A stretch of DNA of 64,000 bases from a virus. Taxonomy: Duplodnaviria; Caudoviricetes. Where the stretch lies: the IMG/VR virus record IMGVR_UViG_2885360797_000005; one strand, 5' to 3'. How positions within the stretch are numbered: position 1 is the stretch's first letter; each line of letters opens with the position of its first letter. The notes below the pieces were generated by a model. The model was not told where the DNA came from. It saw only the letters and a list, made by a program, of their open reading frames with translations, and searched no databases. The position numbers and the translations under genes are program-made. Positions 29,001-33,991 of this stretch are shown in pieces.

Positions 29001-30909
29001 GCTGTGCCTTGAAGCCTAACATCATCGCCATATTGTCAGTCCACACGTCCATTGCATCGGCATCGCCGTTTATCCATTCGGGAACGGAGAATATTGTACC
29101 CTCGGCAAGGGTCGATACTGCAACCTCGCCGAGGCGCACGCCTGCCTTGCCTGCTGTGGAGGTGGTTGCCTTGACAGTTTTGTCAGCGACATTGCCGATG
29201 ACTGGCGACAATGTGCCAGTCACGCTACCGAGTATGAGGCCATGACCGCCTGCGCTCAACACCGCTCCTGCTGAATAGCCCTCGTTCTCTCCAGTTTCGG
29301 GGTTGATGTGACCGCCGTGCAGGAACTGGCTCTCGCCCTCTTTCAGCATTTCGTATGTGGCGAAGTTGCCACCGCCTGCGGCTGCCCCGGTGATGATACG
29401 ACCAGTTAGCGAGGACGAGAAGAGGCGTGAGCCTACCTGCGTACTCATTGACGTGGCGGCTCTGCCTGCTACGATACGACCGCCGATGTTGATTGCTCCT
29501 TTGCCTGCGAGTGAGCCGACACCGCCCGACACCCATGTCACGGGGTCAACCGCCATGCCAGTAACGGTGCCTGCAATCTGTGCCACGTAGTGATTCTTGC
29601 CGTACTCGCCCATAGCGGCCTCGTAAGCTGCAAGGTCGCCACTCGTTCCTGCTTGGCTTCGGGCAAGACCTTTGCTGATTGAGTTAATCACGTTCATGTC
29701 GGCGACTATCCGACCGAAGTATTCCAATGTGCTTTTGGGCGTGTTCTGCTGAACGGCATACTGATACACGGCATTGTCGGTCAACTGGCGTGCCATCTGC
29801 GATGCGGTTGTCTGCAATTCCTCTTCGGATGCGTCAGGATATTGCTGACGCAGGCGGTTGTAGCAGTTGGCGGTAACCTTTGAGCCTGCACGCGCCCACG
29901 CATTGTCCATCATCTTCTGAAGGTCAAAGCGTGTCATGTGGGAAATATTATCGGCATGGCGGTTCATAGACGTTGTAACGATACGCATTTCACGTCCACC
30001 GCCCATAGCCGCATAATTGCTCCATTCGCGGTCGGCATTGCGCTCTTTGTCTGCCTTGTGCTTTTCCTCGGCTTCCTGCCAAAGTTCTGCTACGGCATCA
30101 TAGGCAGGAGCCTGTGCGTCATACTGCGCCTGCATTTCAACATCTTCGGGCTTGGCAGGGTCAAGTCCATTCTGCTTCATGCGGTTCTCGAACTGGTGGC
30201 GCAGGCGATTTTTACGAGCGGTATCCTCGGCGCGGTCAGCCGCGAACTGGCTTGTGGTCAGACTGCCATCGGGCATGAGCCACTGGGTTACTGGCTTGCC
30301 GTCAACATACTCCACTCCATAAGGCTGTGGCGAACCGCCGTCATAAATTTGACCAGATGGAACATTAAGACCCAATCCTGCGGTCGTTTTAGTCCCTGCG
30401 AGTTGTGCTTGGAACTTTTTGGCGGCTCTCTTCTTCCTGCCCTCGGGTGTGAACGGCTCGGTCATGCGCTGAACCTGCGCGATGCGTGCCTTTGACTTCT
30501 GATTGAAGTCGTTGAGCATTGTGTGAATCTGATACGACATCCGTATCTTATCCTGCTCGGTGGGATGCCATGCAGCCTGTTCGGGTTGAGACTGGACCGG
30601 TGCCTGCTCTTGCTCTTCCGCAGTTGCCGAAGCAGGTACGGAAGTAGGGGCTGCGGTCGCGGCAGGTTGAGCCTGCTGTTGTGGTGTCGGGGCGGTGGGC
30701 GCAGGCGCAGGTGTAGGTGCGCCAAATCCGATATTGCTCTCAAAGTCGGCGAACGGTTCCATGTTGTAGCCGTCAGCAACAAGAGCGTCATAAGCGGCTT
30801 TGCGCTTCTTGGGGTCTTTGAGGTTCTCGCGGAACTGCGCCTCTGGCTCCATCGCATAGCCGTTCTTGACAAATGCGTTATATAGATTGGTTACTTTATC
30901 TTCTGCCAT
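11068..30909 (-). CDS. Giant DarB-like polyvalent virion protein (6613 aa)
   Basis: Approximate domains by motif: DdrB/ParB-like (~26430-25300, VLSGNNR); inorganic pyrophosphatase-like (~24790-24330, DGDHIDVF, FDEHK); PBECR-like RNase (~24270-23860); adenine MTase (~21330-20250, FSGWGG, LEGSAGIG, NVPF); SNF2 helicase (~18900-17100, HEVGTGKT, DEAH, TGTP, QRNGR); zincin (~15360-14720, HEVAGH); MuF-C-like RNase (~14620-14180); LPD38-like C-terminus. Confidence 0.88.
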   Translation of the reverse strand: MAEDKVTNLYNAFVKNGYAMEPEAQFRENLKDPKKRKAAYDALVADGYNMEPFADFESNIGFGAPTPAPAPTAPTPQQQAQPAATAAPTSVPASATAEEQEQAPVQSQPEQAAWHPTEQDKIRMSYQIHTMLNDFNQKSKARIAQVQRMTEPFTPEGRKKRAAKKFQAQLAGTKTTAGLGLNVPSGQIYDGGSPQPYGVEYVDGKPVTQWLMPDGSLTTSQFAADRAEDTARKNRLRHQFENRMKQNGLDPAKPEDVEMQAQYDAQAPAYDAVAELWQEAEEKHKADKERNADREWSNYAAMGGGREMRIVTTSMNRHADNISHMTRFDLQKMMDNAWARAGSKVTANCYNRLRQQYPDASEEELQTTASQMARQLTDNAVYQYAVQQNTPKSTLEYFGRIVADMNVINSISKGLARSQAGTSGDLAAYEAAMGEYGKNHYVAQIAGTVTGMAVDPVTWVSGGVGSLAGKGAINIGGRIVAGRAATSMSTQVGSRLFSSSLTGRIITGAAAGGGNFATYEMLKEGESQFLHGGHINPETGENEGYSAGAVLSAGGHGLILGSVTGTLSPVIGNVADKTVKATTSTAGKAGVRLGEVAVSTLAEGTIFSVPEWINGDADAMDVWTDNMAMMLGFKAQHGLKSAPRVIASLRPVKPVNGRPLTQAERNHNRMDFEERIRKALDPANINNLTGADDAGRVAEAMRFTTDEREELRRAGYGELADLFSRDRVQEVSQPNPTEGAIELRAERVEAETISRNPEFDGYSSMEELMQDGNVSQSARAKAYYILTGRRLPMASVTGYTTNTDADGRVTVNSIAANGEVVTSRTFKNEQEAKQETDNIMRQAELNSVDVGERYKEAVADDMVLDAAISEVSPGADPATIKRIYREVKAGNKDVTESQKQLVEFLDDAMERNRDIADRYRPEAIREALKEETGIDVDAVLRKMPSKRTKAEQDAVKTYLERLFPEEVRQQAAEPTAEQAEAQSQYEQGRELFGRFEEGDPTVQADVDAIALRMQEAYQAVEDAFGSEAEYYMFHVNENPWALVNDPELTIEQKDAVLYYINAKAALDGVMDASNEVADRKRAEVEESVAKRTHKDNGVIIPATMKVDDRPVYIVKGDVVMFPDGTAVDVHNSSESVVVMDAQTGEYQFTSPDQIFKVSEAVNPQDELDTALSVIEQEQMNIFGDNAVAPEESAEGEEPQQDDIDPFAQPEAEAPATADTEAYDRGYESGLNDAKNFDDVKLNAEIENLRADSNRLTDFGRGLLEAYEYEQQNRAMEAQSVPEMPESVPNPTENPVSDAETAPETVPSVENGQQTALSRIPLNEKGEPSFEAVDKETAWDGLVEAVGGEDDAVEIALAQVQQATADLEALNKKPPTMKAPKLKGSPMAMAEAKRKAAEQYQNDLALYNQQIAEAQARIDAWNGIVAVHNTRKAELRRQQEEERRQRDAIAHDKAVARFEEEQRIKAEKQAEQERIGVHAVNPKIRERWESAPKVEGNEDALTLPDGSTISGRYILTEAGAASPSHDVNNAYAPTEGFPIDENGQSVNDRDYQRDKDAQQKVEGMAGNYDNRALQDPVIVSKDGVVLSGNNRTMSGDLAARQGTDRAYNDYLAQFGHKKYGFTPEQVASMKNPRVVFVPDEALPYDATTFARFNAQEKKSQGKPEAAVKLGKIVPDNVFNVIVNDISRYDRLSDYYADEKAVAHALGALMQAGVINDMQMPELRTGTALSAAGKELIENTLIGKVFQTSPDAVRQIISMPTLRQSIVMGLNEIANNRTLARNGYDISEELAKAVDLVTRAKAAMPDVYTDGMPVSPFGRMQGLFDDEFGDSRVTDATALLLADILNSGKPSDLRKVLTSYNNEAAQASGGQLDMFSGSIPSKEEILTNVNEHFRNATPKEQQALVEAAIAERKRRAEAEQLGRDQESEQTPNDVERSAEPQQPVAGTREELTPEEQALAARVEITENDWEEGDSDKPTYKCEIIIDGTHIVTQVDAPNEDGHYTGSYFEFDGKRFGDIAEIAQYIDGHPSAELKVDGGMQSEPTEAQKAAGNYKMEHRKVDGYNVSIENAKGSVRRGTGADGKPWETTMQNDYGYIRGTEGVDGDHIDVFLSDTPEEGDVFVVDQVNEDGSFDEHKVMYGFPTEQAARYAYLSNYEPGWTGLGAITHVSKEEFKKWIQSSRRKTKPFAEYKSVKAIEGNGMIGRSLTEQEATELIARMEATAEVAPSIELTPENWIAQFGEDGTVETPIGIVKMGANQLLKLYSLKRTEYFSMIHPTLNTPDVIIEKNAPAEGAERDSKYLFVKTFIKSDGSRLVHFESVTVQRDGMEVSISSHEAEGKAIKKEMQNGKILHLSESLSPSSERYLTEAPSESEGPDLVPTSDNNVKGKEREDGQSLILPSESSEEAGALSGPTLDSPSDRKVNTLSADKQTESAESSEPYTITPTTYTNKKGKTSDVHLVKFNRELTAEQKAALDTFAREPLTEGKKTSRGWYDRKQGGYMMRSEEAARQLAEMIGNEEAVADAQPMTAEELREAVAPAAPAEKKPARKPKKAPINRVSLEDVMTDLSTKGETKLSDHAEPVKAEPEQQHEISDDEMKSLADELRDLLGIGDDEGDTNIKFRDPGELTAQERQRIQSAGIRLAMGLIERGTTAFPDYATKMVGLLGDKIRPWLKSFYEGARWTPGYDKYTFTPTEQVATFDVQNFDKKQADPIAQAAMIVEERKASTASAQAQKELTETRNKNRRENDKQTEADTAALAEKAEAVAGEAESIAETSADAGELNRASELIDQTLDEINDQLAVLGYYEAVEDDSKFHESYGYMLTAEKKAVADATKLAKQLVNDLGIDIKVTSATTLGRKRVKKGTAVRANIAPAGGDVIVNLPLNEGRILAIYIGLEPVAERGTRRRGDNLAVERILYRVENPNGSGMERWGYNMYAPVESTYADFLRRVKEITRDYLPKEKSVDELWHEWSDMAERGESPYTITPEVEAQLAEERKVDVTHNGYKVGDEVMWDRYGNGNWEKVKIEDFDTDGGPIFEAVKDVMSEKGDWSRVKPADGIFGEAKRVARAAQEKKRSSRKKDVTLKPEQPVGDLFGGLFDNTQNSSNHEETDVQPRPGTAERERGHEPQSHEPLGESQRNEVKGTDGRGMGGRSSVNPMSDGERGAGVPRKPKSQPVIEPVPESERKNVRNNHAERGVDYAPKGEDARIKANMEAIELAKRLLDAGETATPEQMAVLRKFSGWGGLGKAFNEQGYTPNPIAKRLKELLGEDGYQDAVDSRRSAYYTPAEVIDTMWDVARAMGFKGGNVLEGSAGIGNIIGLMPTDMSERSSIHAVEIDRTTGGILSLLYPDAKVEIQGFEKTRVQNGTVDLAITNVPFITGAKVFDETGDKDLSKKFHDIHDFCIAKNIRKLREGGIGIFITSSGTMDNSKELRLWIIGEGNADVVGAFRMHNKTFGGTGATSDIIVVRKRVNGKPSPNAIDVTDAIGVRVADYDTGDTRKVKGQEIPVIKQYSMMYNKYFAEHPENMAGEMMFNFERGETRFPTSRALFPVKEKEQSKMLSEWASSFADMEEEATAAPKVEDEITRINEQLGEGVKEGSMVLNSQGELCMARMGEAVPLGLNKNKVKGHTKAECFKAYSAIKKALSDVLEYQSSNEGDEGLAPLLKELNRAFDTFTRTYGNLHKNTAISFLRNDVDFSSILALETYSEKGDKKGNKVVKVGKTDIFSHRVIDTEKEPQPTTIKDAILASLYKSGGVDVEYIGQALGKPTEEVKREIVSSGPGFENPSTGTMEVSYKYLSGNVREKLHIAQENNADGRYDANIKALEGVMPMTIPAHLIEFSLGSSWIEPKLYEDFVFEKTGLRVTLTNAGGTWFMKTPWSTFNEKNRAMAVVSKMCDKTIMGHELIEAAITNRQITVSKTEKHYDGSTKTITDKAATAECGTKVDEIRAEFKDWAREHMQADPAMSARIEQTYNDQFNNYVPMSIPDEFVPQHFGGQVSELHGNPFALRPHQGRAVVRGTTEPILLAHEVGTGKTYTLITTAMEMRRLGTARKPMIVVQNATVGQFVESAKEIYPNAKVLTIEEADRTAEGRKNFYAKIKYNDWDMIVVPQSVFERIPDSEEREMAYVKDIIEEKMKVLEAMREADSDGRSLIVRQAERELAEQEARLAELTETMQGKKKKRDEKREATTRQNAEVRALEMLDREVDDVENFDDMGIDAILVDEAHEYKHLGFATAMQRGVKGVDPSYSKKSQGVFLKAQAVMERNNGRNVVFATGTPISNTAAEIWTFMRYLMPVDTMKSYGIYYFDDFVRNFGNIAQMVEFSTNGKFKENNRFAGYVNLPELVRIWSSVADTVLTREAGGVSDKIPDMEGGKPQDIYLPQTRAMRSVMKYVKAELDRYDNMTGKEKKENSHIPLTMYGIAKAAAVDVRLVVPNAEDDPNSKTNATVRETLRSLRDSEKYKGTVAIFSDNYQNKQSGFNLYEDIRKKLIAEGVPAEQIVVIKPGMTVKRKLDIFEKVNAGEIRVIMGSTFTLGTGVNIQERLHTLIHVDAPNRPMDYTQRNGRALRQGNLHKDMDIPVRIIRFGVEDSLDVTAYQRLKTKGAIADSIMNGSKMMQNSMENRVLEEEEDSFGDMTAQLSGSEYAILKNQAEREVRNLTAKQKGHDLDQIYVHNQLPKVEGFIKGAERRIEIETKNLEIIGSHFPDGTIKKITIGKLTFDSVAAMDDFFKEQNAKMNEAAENVREGADNYTSKLVVDVDGLKFEVTTTVSRTVDSKGQGTLTFEPERNVTYSCEELGIKDQAIKGNRLKNIMQKIAEDIVTGRESRELLSRGQQQLAHYTEERTQLEQRNGREFPHKQELAEAKERLAKYEEAMKKELAEKEAKYAELDKSVETASDITLTDEDSTDTPTTGDGNKYRLVAERELLDFLDAQPLKKGYRYSQWANMGVLPPMTAKQNGEWRAPMIFSRWEQSEEGMRKENGKADLVQGNGRTTGDVAYNPYFHIRTSPLNDQFTAAYDRPELLVVEGYYPESEETSGYQAEGAKDSVGLMDWHSGSVNGQLSDDTKVQTMLSRYFKPGRIVPWSEVADLIMERVGNQKITFPINAVPPMLRAELAKRGAKFGDISGSVAEADIPMLNELRDRVNAGEWDAGLEKARAYLDAYESSTEAKEARVADLSARANTPVRIVRTQEEADALPTRRERRAKGWWSAKDDEVVIVLPNNVNVADVDNTFVHEVAGHKGLRALVGEERFDEFLGEIYDHASNPIRKVIDKMTDRMVSEEADRLRTRKAQAHERAGKDVNANYYTDMAEARVEAEAKRKDFRKEATEEYMADLAGRIGSEGFEKMSRDELTLWGKIKAKVQSFLDKFLSGLKIAKSIRLNDKDLSYILFKSWKNMRDKQGKGGVFADAEDAVMRHRTGWGEAMLSESAKIEDANNRFNKELQRQVDGNLPDGHIYQLGMPSNILRSTGVPNLPIQMSATRLRAKATEYGHDFDLAEIRNLVKELQTPMAVFAYGNKGKMQNIIVGIESNGKQFIVGLSLNPIVNGKALEINSVRNVFPKHNAEWLNWISQGKLLYADKQKIQALIDKQRTILADVDYLDLEDVAKVIKTFENPTFDGDEDVRFRDGADYVERVPVMARAMYEKQIQSSMYQFTEAMQDSMRGLMEFYKAVESQGAKRDIEDVSSFENAYIAENLMSSKSHAEMDEYEHRILRPLLDIAARMSGDKRGREELLDYMMAKHGLERNAYMRNEAIANGEESERDFAGLCGLTGETDWQNAEIVAQQMVDDYEAAHSTDIPALWSAVNKATKTSLQKIYNCGLISKAQYEKIRDMYNFYIPLQGFDEKTSDDVYGYLTSKKGAFSSPIKKAEGRKSKADDPLATIAYMAQNSIIQGNRNVMKQKFLTYVQNHPSDLASVNKLWLVHDEITDTWKPVFADVDENMTPDEIDKVVMDFEERMESLSQSEPDKYKRGRDAIGIPYRIVDGNIKEHQVVVKRNGESYVITINGNPRAAQAVNGLTNPDNDLNGAIGKVFNIASTVNRELSQLYTTRNPDFVVSNFIRDLIYSNTMVHVKENQGYAMRFHKNHAKVNPIRMVELLHLYEANKLDMRNPMHRMFYEFMHWGGETGYTLQRNLEQEKKLVSKIMKEARRGQLNPMSILGLIGNNLDQINRAVENSARFAAFITSREVGRDVQRSAYDAKEISVNFNKKGAGSKFMDATGQTFAGKAAGFTSGLGRSFYVFWNAAIQGTANFGKAFRKHPVKSITAATSLLLLGYIMALLADDGDDEDKNGYYNVPKYTRRSNLMFRFGEQWLTIPLPVEYRAIYGLGELAYSVTSGREEYSDAELAKETASQLSQLLPLDFMEGGGGLHAFVPSAFKPMVETATNTSWTGLPIYKNTPFNKNMPEWTKAYPRTNTQLVELSRWANEASGGNNYAAGWANFNPAQLEYLLNGYFGGYSNVINKMVKTGETMLGEREYDPSSILLVNRLVKMGDERTAEKKINSDFFKYLEEYRRTHTLLRKYEDEAERGSDRYSIFLDALKHSRDGARHDVMDEYITDYNWLNRATKDSEIADEERATYEEEMRRLKREVVSLMKVAHDSVQVNKMKERFAEEYIQQ
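14098..14181 (+). ncRNA. Putative antisense hairpin sRNA with promoter motif, nested at the end of the MuF-C-like domain
   Basis: TACCTTTG (14098-14105), then hairpin TCCAAGTC/GGCTTGGA, GATAGTCAA/TTGTCTATT, CAGCGA-GAATCGT-TCGCTG, then T6. Confidence 0.55.
21387..21596 (-). CDS. Overprinted 69-aa ORF in an alternative frame of the giant gene
   Basis: A-rich leader AAAACTCAAGCAATC-ATG; protein looks helical and globular while the host frame is a disordered linker. Confidence 0.55.
   Translation of the reverse strand: MKKLTYNLAPALPSEKEDTNLNRMNRWERANGMKLKELTDEEWVDVVASILCLTESEAQAYLESLRANQ
23625..23850 (+). ncRNA. Putative antisense structured RNA (two cloverleaf-like units) with consensus promoter, nested at the end of the PBECR-like domain
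   Basis: TTTG-N20-TAACTTTG (23625-23656); multi-hairpin units at 23674-23751 and 23769-23846. Confidence 0.55.
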
Positions 30910-30921
30910 AGTGGATTATGA

Positions 30922-32091
30922 TTATGCGGTTGGAGATTGTCTGCCGGTGGGGCTGGGTTTGCCTGCATGACCGCCTTTCGTGGTCTTGGTCGATGTACGC
31001 TTTTGAGGCTTGGATTCGGGCGTGCGCCTTGTTTCGGTTGTCGTTGTTTCCGTTTCGTCCTCTTCTTTCCATGTGCCGTGCTGTTTGGCATAGGCTTCTG
31101 CGGCTTCTCTTGTGCGAAACTTATGCTCGTTGCCATGCTCATCCCATGCAGAGAACTCATTTTGATTGGAGCGGCCGTGTGCAGCCGCAGAGGCGCGAGA
31201 GTTGGCGGCCGAAGCGTCCAAACTGCCTTTTCTCGCTTTTTCGGTGGCGATTTTAGCCCGCTGGAGTTCGGGAGCTGCCTCGGCTTCTGCTTTCGCTGTG
31301 ATAGCTTCCTGCTCGGCTCGGTTGGCCTTGCCTGCCTGCTCACGCTGTTTGTCAGGTTGCAGAACAGCCGCCCAACCGTGCGCCTCAGCTTCACGCTGAG
31401 CCTTTTCGCGTGCCAGTTTCTGACGCTCCTGCTGTGCTTCCAGTTCGCGCAAGGTCTTGGCACGCTCATTTTCAAGGTCTCCGAGTTTGAGCGAGAATTG
31501 CAGATACTTGTCGGCATTCTTCTCACGCTCCGCTTTCAGACGTTCAAGGCGTGCGTCAACGGCATTAGTCATGCTCCCTTTCTCATGGTTGTACATATCG
31601 GGAGCATACTGCGATGTAAAATACAGATTGCTCAACGCCGATATGCCGTCACTGACAGCAGCGATAATACGCTTGGATTTCTCCCTGCGCTCACGCTTCT
31701 TTCGCTCTTCCTCGGTTTCGGGGCGGTTGCCCTCCGCGTCCATCCAGTCTTGAATGGTCTTGATTTGTCGGTCAGTACCTGCGGTAGCGTCCACGCGCTG
31801 TTGCTGTTCGGGAGAAACAGCAGGCGTTTGGTGTTCCGTGTCGGTTGAAGCCGCAGGGGAATCCGCAGGTGGCGGTGGTGTGGGCGTAGTGGATGCACCG
31901 CCAGTCGGAGGAGTGACGGTCTGCTGTGCTTCGTAAGCCTCTAATGTGCCGGGGGCAGGGTTGGGTGTCGGTGTCAGTTCGGGTGCGTTGTCACCGCTAT
32001 TCTGCGCGGCCCAGTCCGCTGAACCTCTTGGGGGGTCAACTGGGGTGGCAGCTTGGCTCTGCTCATATTGTTCTTCAGTATATCCTGCCAT
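30922..32091 (-). CDS. Putative internal virion / DNA ejection protein
   Basis: Pro/Thr-rich disordered N-terminus, amphipathic segment IIAAVSDGISALSNL, coiled coil; upstream of the giant gene. Confidence 0.55.
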   Translation of the reverse strand: MAGYTEEQYEQSQAATPVDPPRGSADWAAQNSGDNAPELTPTPNPAPGTLEAYEAQQTVTPPTGGASTTPTPPPPADSPAASTDTEHQTPAVSPEQQQRVDATAGTDRQIKTIQDWMDAEGNRPETEEERKKRERREKSKRIIAAVSDGISALSNLYFTSQYAPDMYNHEKGSMTNAVDARLERLKAEREKNADKYLQFSLKLGDLENERAKTLRELEAQQERQKLAREKAQREAEAHGWAAVLQPDKQREQAGKANRAEQEAITAKAEAEAAPELQRAKIATEKARKGSLDASAANSRASAAAHGRSNQNEFSAWDEHGNEHKFRTREAAEAYAKQHGTWKEEDETETTTTETRRTPESKPQKRTSTKTTKGGHAGKPSPTGRQSPTA

Positions 32092-32104
32092 ATGTCACAA
32101 AGGA

Positions 32105-32596
32105 TTAGAAAGCACCTGCTATGCCTGCGCCTGCCTGTGCCACACCCTGCACGGCTGACGAGATAGCCTCGGCCTTTTTCATTTCAAAATTGTTGAGCGC
32201 GTCATTAATCTGCGCGTCACGTTGCTGATACGTTTGCTCGATCTGGTCTTTGCGTGCCTCTGCATTGACGGCAATCTGCGATGTGGCATCGGCGAGAGCC
32301 TGATTGTTGGCGGCTTTGGCGGCCGCAACACTCTCTTCCGTTCCACCCATCACAGCCTGCGCTCCGGCGGCTTGTCGGTTGCGGTTACGGATTGATTCCT
32401 CGGTTTTGGTTAGGATACGCTGTGCGTCCGCACGCTGGGTCGCGTCCTCATTATATCGGCGGTCATACCAGTCTTGGTTCGCCTGCTTCTGCTGTTGCAG
32501 ATTCTTCTTGACCTTTTTCATTGCTTTGCTTGCCGAGATACCGCCGAAAATGCTCCCGACAGCCGACAAACCTGCGCCTACTAAACTTCCTATCAT
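32105..32596 (-). CDS. Putative DNA ejection / pilot protein (P22 gp7-like)
   Basis: Gly/Ala hydrophobic termini (MIGSLVGAGLSAVGSIFGG) around a Gln/Ala coiled coil. Confidence 0.6.
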   Translation of the reverse strand: MIGSLVGAGLSAVGSIFGGISASKAMKKVKKNLQQQKQANQDWYDRRYNEDATQRADAQRILTKTEESIRNRNRQAAGAQAVMGGTEESVAAAKAANNQALADATSQIAVNAEARKDQIEQTYQQRDAQINDALNNFEMKKAEAISSAVQGVAQAGAGIAGAF

Positions 32597-32608
32597 GATA
32601 GCGATGTT

Positions 32609-32672
32609 TCAAAAGTTATAATTCGTGCGCTAATTTACAGCACTATCTTTGCAGGCAACTTTTAAGTTTTGT
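32609..32672. promoter_or_regulatory. Overlapping divergent putative late promoters (ejection operon and terS)
   Basis: Plus: TCAAAAGTTATAATTCGT-N17-TATCTTTG; minus: ACAAAACTTAAAAGTTGC-N17-TAAATTAG. Confidence 0.6.
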
Positions 32673-32675
32673 ATC

Positions 32676-33104
32676 ATGGCAAAAGGTAAGAAAACAGGTG
32701 GGCGACAAAAAGGTACGCCCAACAAGGAAAACCCTCTCAAAGGGTATCTTCGCGCTCATAGCCTCGCATACTTTGAGCCGCGTGTACAGACCGACCCCGT
32801 AACTGGAGGATTGCGTGAGATTCAGCGTCAACGCCTCACGCAGGACGCCGAGGGAAATGTTTACAAGGTCATCGACCTTATTCCACTTACTGACTCCAAA
32901 GGCAACCCTGTCACGATGTCAGACTTCGAGGCCGACATGATTGCGCTCAATCCCAACGAGCGTGTCAGCGCGGAACTGCGCCTGCTTGAGTTCCATACGC
33001 CGAAGATGAAAGCCGTTGAGGTGGATATGGAAGTACACTCGGCAGTCACCATTGAGGACAGATTGCGCGAACTCTGCGGAGAAACTGACGAGGAAGAGGA
33101 CTGA
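32676..33104 (+). CDS. Putative terminase small subunit
   Basis: N-terminal MAKGKKTGGRQKGTPNK motif and C-terminal PK.KAVEV; start revised to 32676. Confidence 0.6.
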   Translation: MAKGKKTGGRQKGTPNKENPLKGYLRAHSLAYFEPRVQTDPVTGGLREIQRQRLTQDAEGNVYKVIDLIPLTDSKGNPVTMSDFEADMIALNPNERVSAELRLLEFHTPKMKAVEVDMEVHSAVTIEDRLRELCGETDEEED

Positions 33105-33190
33105 CGCGCCCGGCCGTCTATCCAATCTACTTTTAGACACAACCATAGGTTTTTGCTCATAGTGAATAACGTGAATAATTAATAAACTCG

Positions 33191-33226
33191 AAAGCGACCC
33201 GTCCGTGAGGATATGTCGCTTTTTTC
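33191..33226 (+). terminator. Intrinsic terminator downstream of terS
   Basis: AAAGCGAC...GTCCGTGAGGAT...GTCGCTTT followed by T-run. Confidence 0.7.
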
Positions 33227-33381
33227 TTCCACCGACACCGCCATTTCAATAACCGAGATAGAACCAAACGAAAACCAAAAGCAAACCAAAGTGTAACCAA
33301 ACACAAACCAAAACCTAACCAAAATATAACCTATGGTTTCCACCGACACCGCCATTTCAATAACCGAGATAGAACCAAACG
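33227..33381. repeat. 44-bp direct repeat flanking ~11-bp periodic AACCAAA units (ori-like)
   Basis: TTCCACCGACACCGCCATTTCAATAACCGAGATAGAACCAAACG at 33227-33270 and 33338-33381. Confidence 0.9.
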
Positions 33382-33763
33382 CATACCTTCACGCGCGCGC
33401 GTGGGAATATCCTTTATGGAATTCCTCTATGGATTAGGACGTATATATTAAGTCGAATATATACTATGGATGTAGAAGAAAAATTTAAATCAAAATTTTT
33501 CTATGGAGTAGGAGTCGGAATATAGTTCGCTTCGCTCCGACGACGCCGACATTAAAAAATTTTTTTTGAAGATTTTTTTCTTTTGGCTGACGCGCCATAA
33601 CCTGCTCCGCAGAAAAGAGAAAAAGAAAAAAGTTCCGCGCAAAAAGAAAAAGAGAAAGCCCGGCTCTGCTGTGAAACAAAGTCGGGCGAAAAACAAAAGT
33701 TAAAAGGCAAGGGGGCCGGGGTGCGTGCTATCTTTGCAGGTGAAATTTCAAAATCATATAGCG

Positions 33764-33991
33764 ATGAATAGAAACTACAACTCAATCAAGGCTCTTGTTG
33801 GCGTAACCAACATCATCATCACTTCCGAACTTAGATACTCGGAGTTGCACGCCCTCGTTGAAAAATCTGCTGTCCTCGAAAATGGCATTCTCACAATCAA
33901 GGTCAAGGAATGCACCCTCGGCACTGAAGAGATAAACGCCCTTGCAAAACTGGGAGGAAAATATGTCGCATTTGATTTGACCGAATGCTAA
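33764..33991 (+). CDS. Small hypothetical (moron-like) protein, 75 aa
   Basis: Own -7 element TATCTTTG at 33729 and A-rich leader; convergent with the integrase. Confidence 0.65.
   Translation: MNRNYNSIKALVGVTNIIITSELRYSELHALVEKSAVLENGILTIKVKECTLGTEEINALAKLGGKYVAFDLTEC

Noticed and set aside
33227-33381. Possible CRISPR mini-array
   Set aside because: Only two repeats, the spacer is itself low-complexity repeat, and no cas genes are present
33485-33785. Phe/Lys-rich short ORFs
   Set aside because: Translations of A/T homopolymer tracts
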